Below the pieces are notes generated by a model. It was not told the DNA's origin. It did no database searches and was given only the letters and a program-made list of their open reading frames with translations. A stretch of 64,000 bases of DNA, taken from sequence record MZ560701; one strand, given 5' to 3'. Made by a program: the position numbers and the translations under genes. The DNA is from Escherichia phage vB_EcoM_TU01. Below are positions 8,990 to 17,697 of this stretch, piece after piece (within the stretch, counting starts at the first letter, position 1; each line of letters begins with the position of its first letter).

Positions 8990-9478
8990 ATGAATATATT
9001 TGAAATGCTTCGTAATGACGAAGGTCTTAGACTGACTTTATACAAAGACACTGAAGGCTTTTGGACGATTGGCATAGGCCATTTAGTAACAAAGAACCCG
9101 TCTTTAGCCGTAGCTAAAGCTGAACTTGACAGAATGATCGGACGTAAATGCAACGGTACAATTACCCTTGATGAGGCTGAAAAGCTATTTAATGAAGACG
9201 TTGATAAAGCTGTTCGCGGAATCTTGGGTAATGCTAAACTTAAACCGGTATATGATTCTTTAGATGCGGTTCGTCGATGTGCATTGGTCAATATGGTCTT
9301 CCAAATGGGTGTAACAGGCGTCGCTGGTTTTACTAATTCTCTTCGTATGCTTCAACAGAAACGTTGGGATGAAGCGGCAGTAAATCTAGCCCAATCTAAA
9401 TGGTATCGTCAGACACCTAATCGCGCGAAACGCGTAATCTCAACATTTAAAACAGGAACTTGGAAAGCGTATATATGA
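8990..9478 (+). CDS. e: lysozyme (endolysin, T4 e type)
   Basis: [31 protein letters not shown] closely matches T4 lysozyme; ggaggt RBS; track start 8978 is GTG. Confidence 0.95.
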   Translation: MNIFEMLRNDEGLRLTLYKDTEGFWTIGIGHLVTKNPSLAVAKAELDRMIGRKCNGTITLDEAEKLFNEDVDKAVRGILGNAKLKPVYDSLDAVRRCALVNMVFQMGVTGVAGFTNSLRMLQQKRWDEAAVNLAQSKWYRQTPNRAKRVISTFKTGTWKAYI

Positions 9479-9756
9479 AAACATATAGTGAATTTTTATC
9501 AGAATCTATTCTTAACGAAGCTACTGACACATTTGCAACTAAGCTAGGTGCAGCTTTGGTTGAAGCTGAAAGTCTATTAGCACGTATTTCTGAACTTGCT
9601 AGTAAGATAGATACTCGCAAATTTGAACGTACCAGTGATATCGTTAAGCTTGAAGCCTTGTTGCGTATGTGCGATAAACCGGAAGAAATCGCTAAGAACG
9701 GCTCGCTGATGAAACAACGTCTTGAAAAATATATTTCAGGCGCTTCAGAAAAATAG
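9475..9756 (+). CDS. internal-protein-like protein ([11 protein letters not shown]-terminus)
   Basis: Capsid-targeting-type N-terminal motif. Confidence 0.6.
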   Translation: MKTYSEFLSESILNEATDTFATKLGAALVEAESLLARISELASKIDTRKFERTSDIVKLEALLRMCDKPEEIAKNGSLMKQRLEKYISGASEK

Positions 9757-9757
9757 T

Positions 9758-9787
9758 GTTTACTTCCTCCAAGGACTTTGATACTAT
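9758..9787 (+). promoter_or_regulatory. early promoter
   Basis: GTTTAC, 18 nt, TACTAT. Confidence 0.5.
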
Positions 9788-9814
9788 ACATTCATCAACT
9801 ACTTGGAGGAAATT

Positions 9815-10228
9815 ATGACTCGTATCAATTTAACACTTGTTTCTGAACTGACCGACCAACATCTTATGGCTGAGTATCGTGAATTACCACGCGTATTTGG
9901 TGCAGTCCGTAAACATGTTCAAAACGGTAAACGTGTAAAGGATTTTAAAATCTCTCCAACATTTATCTTAGGCACAGGTCACGTAACATTCTTTTACGAC
10001 AAACTCGAATTTTTACGTTTACGACAAATCGAGCTAATCGCTGAATGCTTGAAACGTGGTTTCAAAATCAAGGACACGACTGTCCAGGATATTTCCGACA
10101 TCCCTGCCGAATTTCGTAATAATTATGTCCCGTCCGAAGCGTCCATTGCGATAAGTCAAGCACGCTTAGATGAAAAAATTGCTCAGCGCCCGACTTGGTA
10201 CAAATACTATGGTAAACCAATTTACTAA
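9815..10228 (+). CDS. denV: endonuclease V (pyrimidine-dimer DNA glycosylase)
   Basis: [35 protein letters not shown] closely matches T4 DenV. Confidence 0.9.
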   Translation: MTRINLTLVSELTDQHLMAEYRELPRVFGAVRKHVQNGKRVKDFKISPTFILGTGHVTFFYDKLEFLRLRQIELIAECLKRGFKIKDTTVQDISDIPAEFRNNYVPSEASIAISQARLDEKIAQRPTWYKYYGKPIY

Positions 10229-10234
10229 GGAAAA

Positions 10235-10351
10235 ATGAAAATGTATCAAGAATTTATCACTGAAGCAGATGACAAAGGTCCTAAAGTAGATGTTGACGAT
10301 ATTGGATACGATTTTAACAACTTCGGAATTATTTCTGGCGGTAAAGCTTAA
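10235..10351 (+). CDS. small internal-protein-like peptide (MKMYQEFITEA)
   Basis: 38 aa ORF with capsid-targeting-like N-terminus. Confidence 0.35.
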   Translation: MKMYQEFITEADDKGPKVDVDDIGYDFNNFGIISGGKA

Positions 10352-10354
10352 ACG

Positions 10355-10384
10355 GTTTACGCTTAAGTGTTAATATGGTATAAT
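10355..10384 (+). promoter_or_regulatory. early promoter
   Basis: GTTTAC, 18 nt, TATAAT. Confidence 0.55.
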
Positions 10385-10414
10385 TACTCTATCAAAACAA
10401 ACAAGGAAACAAAA

Positions 10415-10729
10415 ATGAAAACGTATAAAGAATTTATTGCAGAATCCGCCAACCAACGCGTTGAAGGTGGTTATATTTGGATTGAACAAGTTGAGCCACC
10501 GAGCCGCACTTCTACAGGTAAATGGAAAATTACTGTTGATGGTCCTGGTGGTAAACGTAGGACTCTTAAAGAAATTAATGGGTACTATGAAGAAGCTCTT
10601 TCGGATGCAGGAACTTACATGATGCAAATCATGATTAAAAACCCTGAAAACCGTTTTGCAGCTAAAGTCTTCCGTCGCATCGGTAATAAACTTTATGACG
10701 CATACTCTAAAAACTTCCCTAAAGAATAA
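10415..10729 (+). CDS. internal-protein-like protein (MKTYKEFIAES)
   Basis: Capsid-targeting-type N-terminus. Confidence 0.65.
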   Translation: MKTYKEFIAESANQRVEGGYIWIEQVEPPSRTSTGKWKITVDGPGGKRRTLKEINGYYEEALSDAGTYMMQIMIKNPENRFAAKVFRRIGNKLYDAYSKNFPKE

Positions 10730-10755
10730 CATAAATTAAAACAATAGGAACAAAA

Positions 10756-11058
10756 ATGAAAACNTATNAAGAATTTATNACTGAAGCGCGCGTAACTGCG
10801 GGTAAATTAGAAGCCGCTATAAATAAAAAGGCTCATTCATTTCATGATTTGTCCGATAAAGACCGTAAGAAACTTGTAAGCCTTTATATTGACAAAGAGC
10901 GTATTCTCGCTCTTCCTGGCGCTAATGAAGGTAAACAGGCCAAGCCTTTGAATGCTGTCGAAAAGAAAATTGATAACTTTGCTTCTAAATTCGGTATGTC
11001 TATGGACGACCTTCAGCAAGCGGCTATCGAAGCAGCTAAAGTAATTAAAGGTAAATAA
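10756..11058 (+). CDS. internal-protein-like protein (MKxYxEFxTEA, 100 aa)
   Basis: Capsid-targeting-type N-terminus; size fits a T4 ipII/ipIII-type gene. Confidence 0.65.
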   Translation: MKXYXEFXTEARVTAGKLEAAINKKAHSFHDLSDKDRKKLVSLYIDKERILALPGANEGKQAKPLNAVEKKIDNFASKFGMSMDDLQQAAIEAAKVIKGK

Positions 11059-11060
11059 CA

Positions 11061-11090
11061 GTTTACTTTCTCCTAAAATTGTGATAGTAT
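11061..11090 (+). promoter_or_regulatory. early promoter (diverged duplicate of the denV promoter)
   Basis: GTTTAC, 18 nt, TAGTAT; block resembles 9758-9940. Confidence 0.5.
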
Positions 11091-11115
11091 ATTCATAATT
11101 ACTTGGAGGGGTAAA

Positions 11116-11244
11116 ATGACTTATATTAATTTGACTTTAGTATCTGAACTTGCTGATCAACATTTAATCGCAGAATACCGTGAANTGCCNCGTGTTTTTG
11201 GTATAGTTCGTAAACATGTGGCAAAAATATTTACATTCAAATAA
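11116..11244 (+). pseudogene. truncated denV paralog (N-terminal 42 codons only)
   Basis: [35 protein letters not shown] then premature stop; full denV is at 9815. Confidence 0.6.
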
Positions 11245-11387
11245 CATGGGAACAACCTGGACCTCATGATTCTATGAGGGATTCCCGCCAACCTGTAATA
11301 AGGTCGAGCCCAAGTGCGGTAATGGGTAAATACAGAAATGGACAATTCATGTGCCACGGAATGGCCCCCAACCTTAAGAGAAATAAT

Positions 11388-11927
11388 ATGAGAACATTTT
11401 TAACTGGACCTTATCTATCCCTGATGAATGCTTTTACACACCATTCTGATGCTAGAGTAGAAGAAATTTGTAAGAACGGTTATGTCCCACCATTTGAAGA
11501 CGTACTCAAGCAGTACTGTACACTTCGTTTAGACGGTGGCAGACAATCCGGTAAATCAACTGCAGTAACTAATTTTGCCGCTAATTGGCTGCATGATGGT
11601 GGAACAGTTATTGTTCTTTCTAATACTTCAGCTTATTCTAAAATTTCTGCTGGCAATATTAAAAAAGAATTTTCTCGTTATTCTAGCGATGATATTCGAT
11701 TCCGTTTATTTACTGATTCTGTCCGTAGTTTTATTGGCAATGAAGGTTCTAAATTCCGTGGATTAACGCTTTCTCGTATTCTGTATATAATTGACGAGCC
11801 TATTAAAGCTCCTGATATGGATAAGATTTACAACATACATATTAAAACAGTCCAACACTGTTGCAAAAGCAAATATTGCATCGGCGGTATTGCTCGTCCT
11901 CAATTTTTTGTGATTGGAATGCAATGA
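11388..11927 (+). CDS. P-loop NTPase (Walker A GGRQSGKST, Walker B LYIIDEP)
   Basis: ORF; Walker motifs; start uncertain (in-frame ATG also at 11274). Confidence 0.5.
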   Translation: MRTFLTGPYLSLMNAFTHHSDARVEEICKNGYVPPFEDVLKQYCTLRLDGGRQSGKSTAVTNFAANWLHDGGTVIVLSNTSAYSKISAGNIKKEFSRYSSDDIRFRLFTDSVRSFIGNEGSKFRGLTLSRILYIIDEPIKAPDMDKIYNIHIKTVQHCCKSKYCIGGIARPQFFVIGMQ

Positions 11928-12232
11928 TGACCACTATTGAAGTTTTTGAATATTGTTATAATAGCCCAGTATGCAATAAAAGGGCCCTTGTAGAAAATTA
12001 TGAGATTTACCATTTTAAACCTAAACGATATCGTTTGACTAAAGGTCCATTCGCAGGTCAGCAGGTTCTTTGTACTGCTCCTAATGCACGGTTGATGACT
12101 AGTATTCCGCATTTCAAAATGGAATTTATTGATGGGCCATTTAAGGGATTAATCACTCAAAGTTTAATGGCGTTTAATTCCGTCCCATTTTTGATTAAAG
12201 AAAAAACTTGGATAAATTTATTTTCTAATTGA
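11924..12232 (+). CDS. hypothetical protein (102 aa)
   Basis: ATG overlapping upstream stop. Confidence 0.45.
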   Translation: MMTTIEVFEYCYNSPVCNKRALVENYEIYHFKPKRYRLTKGPFAGQQVLCTAPNARLMTSIPHFKMEFIDGPFKGLITQSLMAFNSVPFLIKEKTWINLFSN

Positions 12233-12238
12233 GGTTAT

Positions 12239-12601
12239 ATGAAAGCATATCAAATTCTTGAAGGTGCACATAAAGGCACTATTTATTTTGAAGACGGTGC
12301 TCAAGCCCGGATTATTGTCTCTAAGACTTTTAAAGAAGACGCTATTGTAGACCCAGAAATTTTCTACGGTTTGAATGCCCGTGAAATTGAAATTGAACAT
12401 CAACCTAAAGTTAAAATTGAAGGTGGACAACATCTGAACGTTAACGTTCTGCGTCGTGAAACTCTGGAAGATGCAGTTAAGCATCCGGAAAAATATCCGC
12501 AGCTGACCATCCGTGTATCCGGTTATGCAGTTCGCTTTAACTCTCTGACTCCAGAACAGCAGCGCGACGTTATCGCTCGTACCTTTACTGAGAGTCTATA
12601 A
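12239..12601 (+). CDS. autonomous glycyl-radical cofactor (GrcA/YfiD-like; T4 Y06I-type)
   Basis: C-terminal [25 protein letters not shown] glycine-radical motif; C-terminal half very close to the E. coli GrcA sequence as recalled. Confidence 0.8.
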   Translation: MKAYQILEGAHKGTIYFEDGAQARIIVSKTFKEDAIVDPEIFYGLNAREIEIEHQPKVKIEGGQHLNVNVLRRETLEDAVKHPEKYPQLTIRVSGYAVRFNSLTPEQQRDVIARTFTESL

Positions 12602-12825
12602 TGGCTAAATTGATTATAGAAGGGTCTGAAGATGTTTTAAAATGTTTTGCCGCCTGGTTTAGTTGCTCAGGCGAGCAATCATTCATTGAAGCATTTAGAA
12701 CGGGTGATATTACTGGAAAATATCCGTCAACCGATATCACTGTACGCGGATATGGTATTAATGAGCCTATCCAATTGGTCGAATACGACCTTGCCACCGA
12801 TGAGGAAATTCCTTATGTCGATTGA
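12601..12825 (+). CDS. hypothetical protein (74 aa)
   Basis: ORF, ATG overlaps upstream stop. Confidence 0.45.
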   Translation: MAKLIIEGSEDVLKCFAAWFSCSGEQSFIEAFRTGDITGKYPSTDITVRGYGINEPIQLVEYDLATDEEIPYVD

Positions 12826-13081
12826 AGACATCAAAGGCTACAAGCCGCATACCGATGATAAAATCGGTAAAGTGAACGCTATTAAAGATGCTGAAGTCCG
12901 TCTTGGATTGATGTTTGATGCTCTGATTGAAGAAGCATATATCTTGAAAGAAAATGAAACAGAGCAACAAACCAAAGAAGATATGGATGCAGTGCAGGCT
13001 CTTAAGTATGCTAAGCAACATCTAAAAGAAGCTAGTATGTGGGCGTGTCGTGCAGTATTTCGACCAGAGGAAAAATACTAA
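12815..13081 (+). CDS. hypothetical protein (88 aa)
   Basis: ATG 12815; track ORF 12647 start implausible because of overlap. Confidence 0.45.
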   Translation: MSIEDIKGYKPHTDDKIGKVNAIKDAEVRLGLMFDALIEEAYILKENETEQQTKEDMDAVQALKYAKQHLKEASMWACRAVFRPEEKY

Positions 13082-13296
13082 TGGCTTCTACTATTACTGG
13101 GTTATTGGACTTTCAAGAAAAGGTCAACAAAATTTGTAGTGAATACTTAAAGTATCTTGAAGAAGACNTTGAAGATTGTAAGGAAGAAGGCGAAGAAGAC
13201 TATGCTGACCAGCGTCGTCGCCAAATCGAAGAGATGAGGCATTTCGCCGATATGGTATCTAAAGAATCTTGGGCTTTAACTCCATTTTATCAATAA
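13081..13296 (+). CDS. hypothetical acidic protein (71 aa)
   Basis: ORF. Confidence 0.45.
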   Translation: MASTITGLLDFQEKVNKICSEYLKYLEEDXEDCKEEGEEDYADQRRRQIEEMRHFADMVSKESWALTPFYQ

Positions 13297-13300
13297 AGTA

Positions 13301-13329
13301 GTTTACTTCTCCTCTAGTTGTGTTACTAT
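13301..13329 (+). promoter_or_regulatory. early promoter
   Basis: GTTTAC, 17 nt, TACTAT then AGACCTTGTCAA. Confidence 0.55.
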
Positions 13330-13357
13330 AGACCTTGTCAACTAGAGGAGAAATCAA

Positions 13358-13816
13358 ATGACTATCAATTCAGACGTTTTTATCCGCCGTAATAAACTCC
13401 GTCGAATCTTTGAAACGGAGTTCCGCAAAATAAATGCCGGTATAAAAGATGCTGCAAAGTCTCTTGGACTACCAGGCTTTCATATCAAGTATTCTCAACA
13501 TCTCTTAGATCGTGCCATCCAGAGAGAAATAGATGAGAACTACGTTTTTGAATTATTTCGTAAAGTAAAAAATCATGTTAAAGAAGTTGCAGAATTTTTA
13601 TCAATGCCGGCACGTCCAGATGTTGATGAAGATTTTGTCGAAGGCGTCGAATATCGCCCAGGCCGTTTAGAAATAACTGACGGAAATCTTTGGTTAGGAC
13701 TTACAGTTTGTCGCGAAAATCCAGCATTCAAAATGAAGACTCTTCAATGCAGAATGGCTATTATTAACAGTAAACGACTACCAGGAAAAGCTTCTAAAGC
13801 AGTGATTAAAATCTAG
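13358..13816 (+). CDS. regB: RegB site-specific endoribonuclease
   Basis: Matches T4 RegB as recalled (MTIN...FIRRNKLRR...LEITDGNLWLG...CRMAIINS..LPGKASKAVIK); correct position after denV. Confidence 0.8.
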   Translation: MTINSDVFIRRNKLRRIFETEFRKINAGIKDAAKSLGLPGFHIKYSQHLLDRAIQREIDENYVFELFRKVKNHVKEVAEFLSMPARPDVDEDFVEGVEYRPGRLEITDGNLWLGLTVCRENPAFKMKTLQCRMAIINSKRLPGKASKAVIKI

Positions 13817-13824
13817 AGGTAAAC

Positions 13825-14367
13825 ATGAGAAAAGCACTACTCGCTGGTCTATTTGCTCTTTCGTTATCAGCACATAGCTCCGAGCATACTTTTAGTAATG
13901 TCCAACTCGATAACTTGAATTATGCTTATCAGTTTGGGGAACAGTTTTCTAAGGACGGAAAATTTAAAACGCATGAAAATATGCATAAGAAAGGACTTGG
14001 ATACATAATGGCCGCAATACTATGGCAGGAATCATCTGCCGGTATTAATCTTAAAGATAAGAAAGGTCACCATGCGTATGGAATGTTCCAAAATTATCTA
14101 CCAACAATGAGGGCAAGAATTAACCAGCTTGGTTATAATATGACTGATGCCCAAATTAAGAAAATGCTATCTAAGCGGTCTAATTCAGCCAGATGGGCTT
14201 ATATCGAATTTTCTTATTGGTTAAATATACATAATGGGGATATAAGAAAAGCTATATCCTCATATAACGCGGGATGGAAGACAAGTGCTGGAAGTAAATA
14301 TGCTTCTGAAGTCCTAGAAAAGGCCAATTACCTTAAATCAAATAAACTACTGGAAATAAAAGAATGA
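13825..14367 (+). CDS. secreted lytic-transglycosylase-like protein (T4 vs.1 position)
   Basis: Signal peptide MRKALLAGLFALSLSA; WQESSAG motif resembles the SLT catalytic E-S. Confidence 0.55.
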   Translation: MRKALLAGLFALSLSAHSSEHTFSNVQLDNLNYAYQFGEQFSKDGKFKTHENMHKKGLGYIMAAILWQESSAGINLKDKKGHHAYGMFQNYLPTMRARINQLGYNMTDAQIKKMLSKRSNSARWAYIEFSYWLNIHNGDIRKAISSYNAGWKTSAGSKYASEVLEKANYLKSNKLLEIKE

Positions 14368-14711
14368 CCAAAATGTTGGCTTTAATAGTTGGCTTGGTTT
14401 CATTTAACGCTCTTGCTAATACTACATATACTGATATAACGGAGTATACAAACAGAACGGCGTCTGATTATTGTGGTCAAAGTCAAGAGTGTAAAGTAGA
14501 TTTTTCACAAAAATTGTTATATGCGTATAAAGACGGAGAAAAAGATGGGGCGTCTAGTAGGTTCAAGGCGTCTACCTTAATTAAAAGATACTATAAAAAA
14601 TGGCAAATATTAGAATGCTCGGTGGCGGAACCTAAAGATAAGGCAGCATGCAATTCTATGGTGGACCGTCTAGTTGACTCTTATAATAGAGGACTTGCAG
14701 CAAGTGATTAA
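14364..14711 (+). CDS. secreted protein, 115 aa (T4 vs position)
   Basis: Signal peptide; same size and position as T4 Vs. Confidence 0.5.
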   Translation: MTKMLALIVGLVSFNALANTTYTDITEYTNRTASDYCGQSQECKVDFSQKLLYAYKDGEKDGASSRFKASTLIKRYYKKWQILECSVAEPKDKAACNSMVDRLVDSYNRGLAASD

Positions 14712-15171
14712 AAACTATATCAAGGGCGATATTGTCGCCCTGTTTTCTAAAGGTAATAATATCGCTCATGGGTGTAATTGTTTTCATACAATGGGCGCCG
14801 GTGTGGCAGGACAATTAGCAAAGGCTTATCCAAAAATTCTAGAAGCTGATAAACTTCAAACCGAATTCGGAGACGAGTCTAAACTCGGGACTTATTCGGT
14901 TTATGAAAAATATTTTAAGACCCATAAAGCTTATTGCTTTAATCTTTATACGCAGTTTGAGCCGGGACCTAATTTTGAGTACTCTGCTTTAATGAATTGT
15001 ATAATAGAATTAAATGAATTCGGAAAGAATAAGATAACAAAGCCTGTAATTTATATGCCAAGAATTGGTGCAGGTATTGGTGGTGGAAACTGGGATGTCA
15101 TCGAAGAGATTTTAGATACGTATTCCACTAAACTAGAAATTGTGATTGTTGATTGGGAACCATTATTATGA
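14704..15171 (+). CDS. macro domain protein (TARG1/DarG-like ADP-ribose hydrolase fold)
   Basis: KGDI...AHGCNCFHTMGAGVAGQL and YMPRIGAGIGGG motifs parallel TARG1 macro domain; start uncertain (GTG 14704 or TTG 14674). Confidence 0.7.
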   Translation: MIKNYIKGDIVALFSKGNNIAHGCNCFHTMGAGVAGQLAKAYPKILEADKLQTEFGDESKLGTYSVYEKYFKTHKAYCFNLYTQFEPGPNFEYSALMNCIIELNEFGKNKITKPVIYMPRIGAGIGGGNWDVIEEILDTYSTKLEIVIVDWEPLL

Positions 15172-15380
15172 ATATACATTATCCACATCCATATGACCCA
15201 AAGAATAAGGCAGTAATTATTCGTCAATGGGAACGAATTTGTCGTACCAAATGCCCAATTAATAGTCCACATGATGTAGATAAAGACTACATCGGAACAT
15301 TCGTTGAATATACCTTTATTGATAAGAAAGGCCGTAAACAACATGTAGAAGAATATTGCTTAAAGGTGACATGGCTATGA
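15168..15380 (+). CDS. hypothetical protein (70 aa)
   Basis: ATG overlapping upstream stop. Confidence 0.45.
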   Translation: MNIHYPHPYDPKNKAVIIRQWERICRTKCPINSPHDVDKDYIGTFVEYTFIDKKGRKQHVEEYCLKVTWL

Positions 15381-15583
15381 GTCAAACAAAAATTCTTACA
15401 GGTGCTAAATGCGAAAAATGCGAATGGCCTGTAGTTTTTGCTTTATGCAATGACGAAATGGCTTGTGATTTTGATTATTGGTGTTACTGTTCGAACAAAG
15501 GTTGTAGCAATCATAAAGGTGAAGGGTTTTACTCAGGATTTTACCCTTACCCAGATTTCGTTAAAGAAGGTGAACCTAAATGA
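15371..15583 (+). CDS. hypothetical Cys-rich protein
   Basis: ORF; 10 Cys. Confidence 0.45.
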   Translation: MAMSQTKILTGAKCEKCEWPVVFALCNDEMACDFDYWCYCSNKGCSNHKGEGFYSGFYPYPDFVKEGEPK

Positions 15584-15762
15584 AATTAACTAAAGAAGAG
15601 AAAGCTAAACTGTTTGAACTTATTCATGACCTATTGGATGAGCAAGCAGCCACCAATGCGTACGATGAATATGCTCCTTTAACAGATGAAGAATATCAAG
15701 CATTGATGGAATCATTTGACAGGAAAGAACAAGAACTCATTGACTACGTGAATTCACTATAA
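15580..15762 (+). CDS. hypothetical acidic protein (60 aa)
   Basis: ORF. Confidence 0.4.
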   Translation: MKLTKEEKAKLFELIHDLLDEQAATNAYDEYAPLTDEEYQALMESFDRKEQELIDYVNSL

Positions 15763-15771
15763 GGGACTCTT

Positions 15772-16353
15772 ATGGCTAGTTTAATTTTTACATATGCCGC
15801 TATGAACGCTGGTAAGTCTGCTTCATTACTTACTGCCGCACATAACTATAAAGAACGTGGCATGGGTGTATTAGTTCTTAAACCGGCTATTGATACTCGC
15901 GATTCAAAAGGTGAAATAGTCTCTCGTATTGGTATTCGTCAGGACGCCAATATAATTACAAAAGACATGGATATCTTTGAATTCTATAAATGGGCTGCAG
16001 CACAAAAGGATATTCATTGTGTATTTGTTGACGAAGCTCAGTTCTTAACTACTGAAAAGGTGTATCAACTTAGTCGTATTGTTGACGTATACAATGTGCC
16101 GGTAATGGCATATGGACTACGAACAGATTTTAAAGGTAATCTATTTGAAGGTTCTCAAGCATTAATGGCTATTGCCGATAAGCTTGTTGAACTTAAAGGT
16201 GTCTGTCATTGTGGTAAAAAGGCCACAATGGTAGCTAGAGTCACGGAAGACGGACTTCCAATTACAGATGGCAGTCAAATTGAAATTGGTGATACCGATA
16301 GATATGTGTCATTATGCCGGAAGCATTGGAATGATTTGACAGGGTTGTTATAA
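15772..16353 (+). CDS. tk: thymidine kinase
   Basis: MASLIFTYAAMNAGKSASLL P-loop; closely matches T4 Tk (193 aa). Confidence 0.95.
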   Translation: MASLIFTYAAMNAGKSASLLTAAHNYKERGMGVLVLKPAIDTRDSKGEIVSRIGIRQDANIITKDMDIFEFYKWAAAQKDIHCVFVDEAQFLTTEKVYQLSRIVDVYNVPVMAYGLRTDFKGNLFEGSQALMAIADKLVELKGVCHCGKKATMVARVTEDGLPITDGSQIEIGDTDRYVSLCRKHWNDLTGLL

Positions 16354-16380
16354 ATACTAATATCTAACCAAGAGGTATAT

Positions 16381-16593
16381 ATGCAGCAATTAAACGAAAG
16401 ACAACTTCGTAATCTTACTGTAACCCAATTGGATGAAATCCGAAGAGAATTAGGACATTCTATTTCTCATTTAAACGAGGATATCCGTCAAACTGGTTCT
16501 AAAGCTGATTATACACGCAAGCGCAAGCTGGAAAAATACCTCACAGATGTTAAGGCCGTCCAAAGGCGAAAAATAAATACTGGCCAAAATTAA
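16381..16593 (+). CDS. hypothetical protein (70 aa)
   Basis: ORF with gagg RBS. Confidence 0.45.
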   Translation: MQQLNERQLRNLTVTQLDEIRRELGHSISHLNEDIRQTGSKADYTRKRKLEKYLTDVKAVQRRKINTGQN

Positions 16594-16605
16594 CAGGAGG
16601 CCTAT

Positions 16606-16908
16606 ATGGCCTTAAGAGCGATAGCTGTCATGGCGATGCTGGGGTTTTTTGCAGCAACAACTCCTAACGTTGGTACTGCGTACACCGACCCATATTTTGA
16701 TAACTTTATGGAATCAGGGATTAAAAACGTATATACTTTGTTTGAAATTCAAAATGTCGAGAATTCTGAAAAATTCTATAAGTATATGGCAAAGCATTAC
16801 AAAAATAGCCCCTGTGACGATGCATTTGAATGTCATGAACAAGGCATAAAAACTGCCAGACAATTTGCCGAGTTCATGAAAATAAAATTAGAGCCTACAT
16901 CTATCTAA
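16606..16908 (+). CDS. rI: lysis-inhibition regulator RI (antiholin)
   Basis: MALRAIAVMAMLGFF signal-anchor and FMESGI...KNSPCDD..FEC resemble T4 RI. Confidence 0.8.
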   Translation: MALRAIAVMAMLGFFAATTPNVGTAYTDPYFDNFMESGIKNVYTLFEIQNVENSEKFYKYMAKHYKNSPCDDAFECHEQGIKTARQFAEFMKIKLEPTSI

Positions 16909-16914
16909 TTTACT

Positions 16915-16944
16915 AGCCCCTTCCTTACGGTTGGGGCTTTTTTG
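16915..16944 (+). terminator. rho-independent terminator
   Basis: agcccc...ggggct then T6; duplicate of 745-775. Confidence 0.7.
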
Positions 16945-16953
16945 CATTTAGCA

Positions 16954-16982
16954 GTTTACTTCTCCTCAGGTTGTGTTATAGT
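16954..16982 (+). promoter_or_regulatory. early promoter
   Basis: GTTTAC, 17 nt, TATAGT. Confidence 0.55.
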
Positions 16983-17009
16983 AGTCCTTACTTACTAGAG
17001 GAGAACGTT

Positions 17010-17189
17010 ATGTCACGTAAAGAAAAAATTTCTAAGTTAATGTTTTTGATTGAAGAGTACGCTAATGCGGTATCTGATTGGGAAAATGCTCATGGTTGCG
17101 AAGATGGAGACATCGACATTAACAGAGCTATGAAAAAGATGGCCGATGCCCACACCGAATTGCAAATGTATGTTAACGAGATTATGTGA
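17010..17189 (+). CDS. hypothetical protein (59 aa)
   Basis: ATG 17010 after gaggag RBS. Confidence 0.45.
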   Translation: MSRKEKISKLMFLIEEYANAVSDWENAHGCEDGDIDINRAMKKMADAHTELQMYVNEIM

Positions 17190-17196
17190 GGATATT

Positions 17197-17361
17197 ATGC
17201 TTTACGATTATACTGGAAAATCTGAAGACGGTGTACTTGAACTTTTACCTGAAAGCGCTGAAGATGATATGGTAGTGATGTTTTGTGTTGGTTGTCAATC
17301 AATGCGTGATGAAATTTTTAAACGTGAACCAAGAAACTGTTGGCACAGGAGCATGAGATGA
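17197..17361 (+). CDS. small protein, MLYD family copy 1
   Basis: N-terminus MLYDYTGKSEDGVLELLPE, paralog of 17453 ORF. Confidence 0.5.
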   Translation: MLYDYTGKSEDGVLELLPESAEDDMVVMFCVGCQSMRDEIFKREPRNCWHRSMR

Positions 17362-17453
17362 TTTATTATCTTGAACCTTGGGCTTGGTTAACAATGGCTG
17401 TAGGACCTGTTTTAATTGGTTTATTCTTTTCATGGTTAGCGAGGAAACTGTAA
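17358..17453 (+). CDS. small hydrophobic peptide (31 aa)
   Basis: ORF between the two MLYD paralogs. Confidence 0.3.
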   Translation: MIYYLEPWAWLTMAVGPVLIGLFFSWLARKL

Positions 17454-17668
17454 TGTTATATGACCCAAGCGGNNNTTNTGAAGATGGTGTGATTGTTCTG
17501 GAGCCTGAGCATCCAGTTGGTGATGTATATCGCNCNGTTGAAGTATGCGAATGTAATTTCGTTGAAGGTAATACTGGCGGAATTTCCATTGAGCAAGATG
17601 ATGATGTTATTTACCTGGATGCAAGCCAAGTAGAAGCTCTTTATAGCATTTTAAAACACAATCGGTAG
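17453..17668 (+). CDS. small protein, MLYD family copy 2
   Basis: N-terminus MLYDPSxxxEDGVIVLEPE. Confidence 0.5.
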   Translation: MLYDPSXXXEDGVIVLEPEHPVGDVYRXVEVCECNFVEGNTGGISIEQDDDVIYLDASQVEALYSILKHNR

Positions 17669-17697
17669 TTTACGTCTTGGTAGGACTATGATATAGT
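17668..17697 (+). promoter_or_regulatory. early promoter
   Basis: GTTTAC, 18 nt, TATAGT. Confidence 0.5.

Noticed and set aside
11274-11387. N-terminal extension of the P-loop ORF from ATG 11274
   Set aside because: No RBS, and it would start inside the non-coding gap after the denV fragment; ATG 11388 preferred, though not certain.
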